Shown here piece by piece: positions 58,258 through 64,000 of a stretch of DNA of 64,000 nt. Origin of the DNA: Tepidisphaera sp. GTDB lineage: Bacteria > Planctomycetota > Phycisphaerae > Phycisphaerales > UBA1924. Positions within the stretch are counted from its first letter, which is position 1, and each line of letters starts with the position of its first letter. The translations under genes and the position numbers were made by a program. The stretch lies in NCBI GenBank assembly GCA_050916045.1, contig CP051526.1:1920001-1984000 (forward strand), read 5' to 3'. The notes beneath the pieces were generated by a model that saw nothing but the letters and a program-made list of their open reading frames with translations, did not search any database and was not told the DNA's origin.

Positions 58258-59597
58258 CCGTCGAACGCGCGGATATCGCGATCATCGGCGCCGGCCCCGC
58301 AGGCATCGCGGCCGCGATCAGCGCCGCTTCCGGGGGCAAATCCGTCCTCGTGCTCGACGAACAGCCCGACCTCGGCGGCCAGATCTGGCGTGGCTCCCCG
58401 TCCGGCCCGGCCCGCGCGTGGAGAGACCGCTTCCTCGCCTCCGGCGCCCGCCACCTCCCCGGCTCAACCGTCATCGGGATCTCAGACGGCCGCCTCCTCG
58501 TCGACGCCGACAAGCCCTTCCACGTCGAAGCCCCGCGCGTCATCCTCGCCGTCGGCGCCCGCGAGCTCTTTCTCCCCTTCCCCGGCTGGACGCTCCCCGG
58601 CGTCGCGGGAGTGGGGGGGCTTCAAGCCCTCGTGAAAGCCGGCCTCGACGTCCGCGGCAAACGCATCGTCGTCGCAGGCTCCGGCCCGCTTCTCCTCGCC
58701 GTCGCCCACGGCCTCGCCGACCACGGCGCCTCCGTGCAAGCCATCGTCGAGCAAGCCGACGGTGCCGCCGTCCGAAGCTTCGCCCTCGGCCTGTGGAAAC
58801 ACCCCGCCAAGCTCATCCAAGCGGCGTGGCTCCGCGCTTCGCTCTTCGCCGTTCCCTACTGGACCGGTGCCTGGCCCGTCCGCGCCGAGCCCGTCTCGAT
58901 GGCCGACCCCAAGCTCGGCTCGGTCATCCTCTTCGATGGACGCCAGGAACTCCGCGTCCCTTGCGACCTCCTCGCGTGCGGCTTTGGCCTGGTGCCAAAC
59001 CTCCACCTCCCCGCCATCCTCGGAGCCACAATCGAAAGCGGCGTCGTCAAGACCGACGACCTCATGCGCACCGCTCCGAGCCCCGCCGCTTCCGCCAACC
59101 ACCCCGCCCTCTGGTGCGCGGGCGAACCCACCGGCATCGGCGGCGTTGAGGTCTCCCTCCTCGAAGGCCAGGTCGCGGGCTTCGCCGCCGCAGGCGACGA
59201 GCAAGCCGCTCGCAAGCTCCTCCCCAAGCTCAAGCGCGCCCACGCGTTCGCAGCAAGCCTCGCCGAGACCTTCGAGCCTCGCGCCGAGGTCCGCTCGCTC
59301 GTCCGCCACGAAACCATCGTCTGCCGCTGCGAAGACGTCAACTGGAGCCGGATCAAGCCCTGCACTTCCTGGCGCGACGCCAAACTCCAGACCCGCTGCG
59401 GCATGGGCCCCTGCCAAGGACGCATCTGCGGACCCGCCGTCGCCGCTCTCACCGGATGGCCCGTCGCGGACGCCCGCCCGCCGGCCGCAAGCGTCTCCGC
59501 TCGCGCCCTCCTCTCGCTTCTGTCTTCCTCACCCGCTCACCCAAGCACCCCCTCACCCCCTCCGCCTTCCCCCGAGCCTGCCCATGAACAAATCTGA
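58254..59597 (+). CDS. FAD/NAD(P)-binding oxidoreductase with BFD-like Fe-S domain (HcnB-like alpha subunit)
   Basis: GAGPAG, GGQIWR, FPGWTLPGV, CRCEDV, TRCGMGPCQGRICG. Confidence 0.88.
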   Translation: MTVERADIAIIGAGPAGIAAAISAASGGKSVLVLDEQPDLGGQIWRGSPSGPARAWRDRFLASGARHLPGSTVIGISDGRLLVDADKPFHVEAPRVILAVGARELFLPFPGWTLPGVAGVGGLQALVKAGLDVRGKRIVVAGSGPLLLAVAHGLADHGASVQAIVEQADGAAVRSFALGLWKHPAKLIQAAWLRASLFAVPYWTGAWPVRAEPVSMADPKLGSVILFDGRQELRVPCDLLACGFGLVPNLHLPAILGATIESGVVKTDDLMRTAPSPAASANHPALWCAGEPTGIGGVEVSLLEGQVAGFAAAGDEQAARKLLPKLKRAHAFAASLAETFEPRAEVRSLVRHETIVCRCEDVNWSRIKPCTSWRDAKLQTRCGMGPCQGRICGPAVAALTGWPVADARPPAASVSARALLSLLSSSPAHPSTPSPPPPSPEPAHEQI

Positions 59598-60492
59598 CTG
59601 GACCGGTGTCATCCCCGCCATCACCACCCCGTTCAACAGCGACCTCTCCGTCAACCACGCGTTCCTCGCCGCCCACGCTTCGCGCATGATCGACGCCGGC
59701 TGCAAGGGCATCGTCGCCAACGGCTCCCTCGGTGAAGGCGCAACCCTCTCACGCGATGAGAAATCCGCCGTCCTCAAGACCCTCGTCGCCGCCGTCGGCT
59801 CACGCGTCCCCGTCATCGCCGCCGTCTCCGCCCTCTCGACCGCCGAAGCCGTCCAGAGCGCCAAGGACGCCCAGGCCGCGGGTTGCAAGGGCCTCATGGT
59901 CCTCCCGCCGTACGTCTATCGCGGTGAGTGGCGCGAGATCCGGTTCCATTTCGCTTCCGTCATCCGTGCGACGCCCCTGTCGTGCATGCTCTACAACAAC
60001 CCCATCGCGTACGGCACCGACACCACGCCCGAGCAGGTCGCCGACCTCGCCGCCGAGCTCCCAAGCCTCCACGCCGTCAAAGAATCCTCCGCCGACGTCC
60101 GCCGCATCACGGCTCTCAAAGCCATCCTCGGCGACCGCCTCACCCTCCTCGTCGGCGTCGACGACCTCATCGTCGAGGGCATCGCCGCCGGCGCCACCGG
60201 CTGGATCGCCGGCCTCGTCAACGCATTCCCCAAGGAATCGGTCGACATCTTCAACCACGCACTCGCTGGCCGCGATAAGCAAGCTGCGTCGCTCTACAAG
60301 TGGTTCCTTCCCCTCCTCCGCATGGACGTCGTCCCCGAATTCATCCACCTCATCAAGCTCGTCCAGCAGGAAGTGGGGGAGGGAAGCGAGTTCGTCCGCC
60401 CCCCACGCCTCACCCTCACCGGCGCCAAGCGCGAAGCCGCCCTCGAGACTCTCAGGCACGCCCTCGCCACCCGCGGACAGTGGGGGAGCTAA
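59584..60492 (+). CDS. DHDPS/NAL family protein (1-pyrroline-4-hydroxy-2-carboxylate deaminase-like)
   Basis: PAITTPF, GSLGE, LYNNP, VKESS; operon context. Confidence 0.85.
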   Translation: MNKSDWTGVIPAITTPFNSDLSVNHAFLAAHASRMIDAGCKGIVANGSLGEGATLSRDEKSAVLKTLVAAVGSRVPVIAAVSALSTAEAVQSAKDAQAAGCKGLMVLPPYVYRGEWREIRFHFASVIRATPLSCMLYNNPIAYGTDTTPEQVADLAAELPSLHAVKESSADVRRITALKAILGDRLTLLVGVDDLIVEGIAAGATGWIAGLVNAFPKESVDIFNHALAGRDKQAASLYKWFLPLLRMDVVPEFIHLIKLVQQEVGEGSEFVRPPRLTLTGAKREAALETLRHALATRGQWGS

Positions 60493-60557
60493 CCCGCTCG
60501 CTTTCGCAATCCACGCCACCTCGCCTCGCAAGCGACCGTCCCCGCGGTTCCCTGCGA

Positions 60558-60595
60558 CAAAAACAAACCGGCGACGGGAGCTTCCCGTCGCCGGT
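60558..60595 (-). terminator. Intrinsic terminator of the desaturase gene (possibly bidirectional)
   Basis: ACCGGCGACGGGA-GCT-TCCCGTCGCCGGT, 13-bp stem with TTGTTTTTG on the minus strand. Confidence 0.75.
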
Positions 60596-60634
60596 CAATG
60601 CTGTCTTGTTTCGCCTGCCGTCAGGCCCGCATCA

Positions 60635-61672
60635 TCAGGCCTTCGGAGGAATCTGAGCGTACACACGCTTGGGAACCGGGTTCAGGTCCCACACGATCCC
60701 CAACTTGCTCATCAGCCAAAGCGTGTAGTACGTGAAATCAAGCTCGTACCAGAAGAAACCCTGCCGCGCCGAGCCCGGGAAGTGGTGGTGGTTGTTGTGC
60801 CACCCCTCCCCAAACGTGATCAACGCAAGCCAGAAATTGTTCCGGCTGTCGTCCGTCGTGTTGAACCGACGGCCACCCCACACGTGGCACAGCGAGTTGA
60901 TCGTGTACGTCGCGTGATAGCAGAGCACCGTCGAGATGAAGAAGCCCCAAACCACCATCTGCCACGCCGTCGTCCCGCTGTTCGGCCAGATCGTTTCGAT
61001 CCCCCAGCCCAGCAGGAACATCGACACGCCCAGAAGCAGCGGCACCACGCTGTCATACCGGTCAATCCACCGAAGCTCCGGGAACTTGTACAGATCCGGG
61101 ATCGCCTTCGTGTTCGTCGCCGCGTTCTCCGGCTGAAGGAACCAGAACAGGTGCGCCCACCAGAACCCGTGCAATCTCGGCGAGTGCAGATCACCCTCCT
61201 GGTCGCTGTGACGGTGGTGCTCCCGGTGATGCGCCGCCCACCAAAGCGGGCCGCGCTGAACCGCCGAACACCCCAGCACGCCGAACATGAACTGCATGAA
61301 CCGCGACGTGCGGAACGTCCGGTGGCTGAAGTACCGGTGGTAGAACCCCGTGATCGCGAACATCCGCACCGCGTAGAGCGCCGCCGCCACGGCCACCGCC
61401 GGCCATGACCAGCCCACCCAGATCACCGCGAAGCACGCGACGTGAATCAACGCGAACGGGATGACCCGGATCGCCCGAACCAGCACGCTCGCGTTCCGGA
61501 CCTCTTCCGCTGTCTGAGACGAATCAAGCCAGAAGCCAAGCACCCGACGAAACAGCCCAAGCTTCTTCAGTTCCACCGTTTCCGAACCCGCCCCGGTGCC
61601 CGGAGTCTTCTCCGGCAAGGGCTTCATTTCCATCAGTTCCGATCCAGTGCCGATCGATGGCGTCGCCGTCAT
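60635..61672 (-). CDS. Delta-9 acyl-CoA desaturase
   Basis: His boxes HRYFSH, HREHH, HNNHH; AAGGA SD. Confidence 0.95.
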   Translation of the reverse strand: MTATPSIGTGSELMEMKPLPEKTPGTGAGSETVELKKLGLFRRVLGFWLDSSQTAEEVRNASVLVRAIRVIPFALIHVACFAVIWVGWSWPAVAVAAALYAVRMFAITGFYHRYFSHRTFRTSRFMQFMFGVLGCSAVQRGPLWWAAHHREHHRHSDQEGDLHSPRLHGFWWAHLFWFLQPENAATNTKAIPDLYKFPELRWIDRYDSVVPLLLGVSMFLLGWGIETIWPNSGTTAWQMVVWGFFISTVLCYHATYTINSLCHVWGGRRFNTTDDSRNNFWLALITFGEGWHNNHHHFPGSARQGFFWYELDFTYYTLWLMSKLGIVWDLNPVPKRVYAQIPPKA

Positions 61673-61908
61673 GTCTTTCCTTCTCGGCCCGCATCCTCAC
61701 GCTCAGCGATGCGTAGCCCTCTGCTTAAAGTTCTCGTACAGATCACCGTCTCAAGGGTACCACACCCGAGCCCGTTCCGCTCACTTCTCTCGACTTGTTC
61801 GGTATCTTTCCTTCAACATTCATCCGCCCCATCCCGTCTCAAGCCGCGGCTTCTGCGACTCATTCTCGACCACACCCGCGAAACGTTCCCTTCACGACCG
61901 ATCGCACC

Positions 61909-62400
61909 ATGAACCCAGCACTCTCCATCCACGAAGCTCAATCGCCCGAGGACCTCGCGCTCGCCGCGTCACTCTTCCGCGAATACGCCCGTTCACTGCC
62001 TTTCCCGCTCGATTATCAAGGGTTCGAAGAGGAACTTTCCTCACTCCCCGGCAAGTACGCACCCCCGAAAGGCGTGATCCTGATCGCCCGTCAAGGTGGA
62101 GAGCCCGTCGGCTGCATCGCCATGCGACCCCTCGCCTCCATGCCCGGCGATCCCGAGCCCGTTTGCGAGATGAAACGCATGTACGTCCGCCCCTCCGCCC
62201 GCGGCCTCAAACTCGGCCGATTGCTCGCCGATTCGCTCCTCGATCACGCCCGCCGCGCCGGCTACGCGATGATGAAGCTCGACACCGAAAGCGACTTCAT
62301 CCCCGCTGTTACGCTCTACAGGTCCCTCGGGTTCGCCGAGTGCCCCGACTACAACGGTGACCCCATGCCCAACACCCTCTGGATGAGCAAACGCCTCTGA
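61909..62400 (+). CDS. GNAT family N-acetyltransferase
   Basis: CEMKRMYVRPSARGLKLG, LDT, A..LY.SLGF. Confidence 0.92.
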   Translation: MNPALSIHEAQSPEDLALAASLFREYARSLPFPLDYQGFEEELSSLPGKYAPPKGVILIARQGGEPVGCIAMRPLASMPGDPEPVCEMKRMYVRPSARGLKLGRLLADSLLDHARRAGYAMMKLDTESDFIPAVTLYRSLGFAECPDYNGDPMPNTLWMSKRL

Positions 62401-62501
62401 CGTCGATCGCGAGCCCAAGCGTTCGCGAGAACGCCCTCGCGCGTTTCGTTCCAAAGCAACCAGCGACTCCGGCAGCGGGGGACTCAACCCCCCTTTCGTC
62501 T

Positions 62502-62996
62502 TCAAATGTGCTTGCGACGCGCGGCAAAGCCGTCCGGGATCTCCGCGTGCTCGAAGTAGTGCAGAAAAACAGACTTCGCTTCCTCTCGCGTCATCGCTTC
62601 GCCCTCGCGTATCCGGATGTACCCGTCCACGCACTCCACCCGCGATTCCTGAGCCAAAGCCGCTCGCCCCGCCGGTCGCAACACCTCATGCACGTACCCC
62701 CAAAGCGTGCCTCGCCGCGTCTCCACCGTGAGCTCATCGAGTGTTCCTCCCACCTGGATGTACTCGTCCTCTGCCCATTGAAGGATGACGAACGCGGGGC
62801 CCCCGTCGTCAAAGTACGCGAAAGCCCCTTCCACATCGTCCCAGTCTCGCACGGGCCGGCTCTCGTCCTCGCTCGTCGTGATCGAGAAGTACCTTGCCGC
62901 CCACGGCCCGGGGATGCCTTTCGCAAGGGCACCCTCAGGGACAGGCGGCCGAGCGGGTTTCGTACGAAGCAGACGCCTGATCAGTCGCCCAATCAC
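62502..62996 (-). CDS. Hypothetical protein, possibly Imm1-like (start uncertain)
   Basis: W..V..A, FVIL....YIQVGG, A..VF.HYF pattern. Confidence 0.5.
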   Translation of the reverse strand: MIGRLIRRLLRTKPARPPVPEGALAKGIPGPWAARYFSITTSEDESRPVRDWDDVEGAFAYFDDGGPAFVILQWAEDEYIQVGGTLDELTVETRRGTLWGYVHEVLRPAGRAALAQESRVECVDGYIRIREGEAMTREEAKSVFLHYFEHAEIPDGFAARRKHI

Positions 62997-63052
62997 GGGG
63001 AACCCTCCCAAAGCCAAACTCGTGGAAGCGTGATCGCCAAGAGAACGGCTCT

Positions 63053-63080
63053 GGTTAACATAACTATTATTATAGGACCT
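63053..63080 (-). other. dif: XerC/XerD dif-like recombination site AGGTCCTATAA-TAATAG-TTATGTTAACC
   Basis: 11-6-11 architecture; the right arm matches the E. coli XerD arm TTATGTTAAAT at 9 of 11 positions; AT-rich island in intergenic DNA. Confidence 0.85.
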
Positions 63081-63247
63081 TATAGGTAGGGTGGGGAATC
63101 AGTTCCGACACCCGCACCGTGCTCTCGCTCGGCCATCTTTCCCCCCAACCGTACCCCTCGCTCTCCAATCAGAGCCTCTCCGCTGTCGAATACAGTGCCC
63201 GCTTTCCCGCCGCGACCTCCTTCCCCCTCCCCGCGCAAGCCCACCCC

Positions 63248-64000
63248 ATGACCACACTGACCCTCACCGGCTCTCCGCTCACCACCGCCGATGTCGCCGC
63301 CGTCGCCCGCGCGACCCCGGCCGCACCCGTCCGCATCACCCTCGCTCCCTCGGCCGTTGCCGCGATGCAAGCCTCCCGGGCCGTCGTCGAGCACGCGACC
63401 CAGGACGGCCTCCCGCACTACGGAATCAACACCGGTTTCGGCTCCCTCGCCCGAACCCGCATCCCCGCCGACCAGCTCCGCGACCTGCAGCGCAACCTCA
63501 TCCGCTCCCACGCCGCCGGCGTCGGCCCCCTGCTCTCCCGCGAAGTCGTCCGGGCGACCATGCTCCTCCTCGCCGCCTCCCTTTCACGCGGCCTCTCCGG
63601 CATCCGCCCGGTTCTCGTTGAGCGCCTCCTCGATCTCCTCAACCACGACATCACCCCCGCCGTCCCGGAGGTCGGCTCCGTCGGCGCTTCCGGCGACCTG
63701 GCTCCGCTCGCGCACATCGCGCTCGTGCTCATCGGTGAAGGCGAAGTACTCGCGACGAATGGTCCCGCCGCCACCGCGCCCATCCTCACGAAGCACGGCA
63801 TCGCCCCCGTCACCCTCGAAGCCAAAGAAGGCCTCGCCCTCATCAACGGCACGCACCTCATGGCCGCTCGCGGAGCCCTGCTGCTCCACGACGCCGACCG
63901 CCTCGTCAACGCCGCGGTTGTCGCCAGCGCCATGTCGATCGATGCCTGTCGCGCCACCGATGCGTTCCTCGACGACCGCATCCACGCCGCCCGCACGCAG
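63248..64000 (+). CDS. hutH: Histidine ammonia-lyase (runs off the window; absent from the ORF track)
   Basis: MTTLTLTG start, YGINTGFG, LQRNLIRSHAAGVG, GSVGASGDLAPL (MIO Ala-Ser-Gly), KEGLALINGT. Confidence 0.92.
   Translation, partial: MTTLTLTGSPLTTADVAAVARATPAAPVRITLAPSAVAAMQASRAVVEHATQDGLPHYGINTGFGSLARTRIPADQLRDLQRNLIRSHAAGVGPLLSREVVRATMLLLAASLSRGLSGIRPVLVERLLDLLNHDITPAVPEVGSVGASGDLAPLAHIALVLIGEGEVLATNGPAATAPILTKHGIAPVTLEAKEGLALINGTHLMAARGALLLHDADRLVNAAVVASAMSIDACRATDAFLDDRIHAARTQ

Noticed and set aside
56781..59597. Hydrogen cyanide synthase
   Set aside because: The gene order and the coupled DHDPS-family deaminase fit hydroxyproline catabolism better.
1850..63240. KOPS (GGGNAGGG) polarity toward the dif-like site
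   Set aside because: By eye, both orientations occur left of dif and largely follow the local G/C skew; inconclusive without a genome-wide count.
1..64000. tRNA/rRNA genes, IS elements, known defence systems
   Set aside because: No cloverleaf or rRNA signatures, transposase motifs or recognisable defence genes were seen by eye; a tRNAscan/DefenseFinder run would be needed to exclude them fully.

Overview
This is a high-GC bacterial chromosomal segment, most likely from a planctomycete of the Phycisphaerales type. That placement is inferred from a C-terminal 'GC'-ending dockerin-like protein, a prepilin/H-X9-DG-type protein, a PTPG-variant PEP-CTERM protein and several CxxC..CPEC membrane proteins. 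About 59 CDS are supported, mostly housekeeping or metabolic: panD, mgtE, rpsD, ndk, csrA, dus, guaA, recJ, a PduO-type adenosyltransferase, xerD-like, aroA, groES-like, hutH (partial), an acyl-CoA carboxyltransferase, a GH31 and a D-hydroxyproline-dehydrogenase-like operon. A patch of orphan immunity-like genes lies at about 2.4-9.9 kb. No rRNA, tRNA, CRISPR array, transposase or prophage was seen. Notable signals: (1) a 28-bp XerC/XerD dif-like site at 63053-63080, about 8 kb from the xerD-like gene; (2) a strong G+T/C+A strand skew, independent of gene direction, that flips abruptly at about 6030 beside a hairpin and palindrome, fades over tens of kb and does not flip at the dif-like site; (3) five copies of a ~26-bp REP-like repeat whose orientation changes across that flip, plus heptamer tandem repeats; (4) a lipoprotein with a JAMM/MPN-like motif; (5) a pilin-like gene paired with a PstS-fold, dockerin-tailed secreted protein; (6) structured leaders upstream of rpsD and csrA. 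All family calls come from motif recognition by eye; no searches were run.
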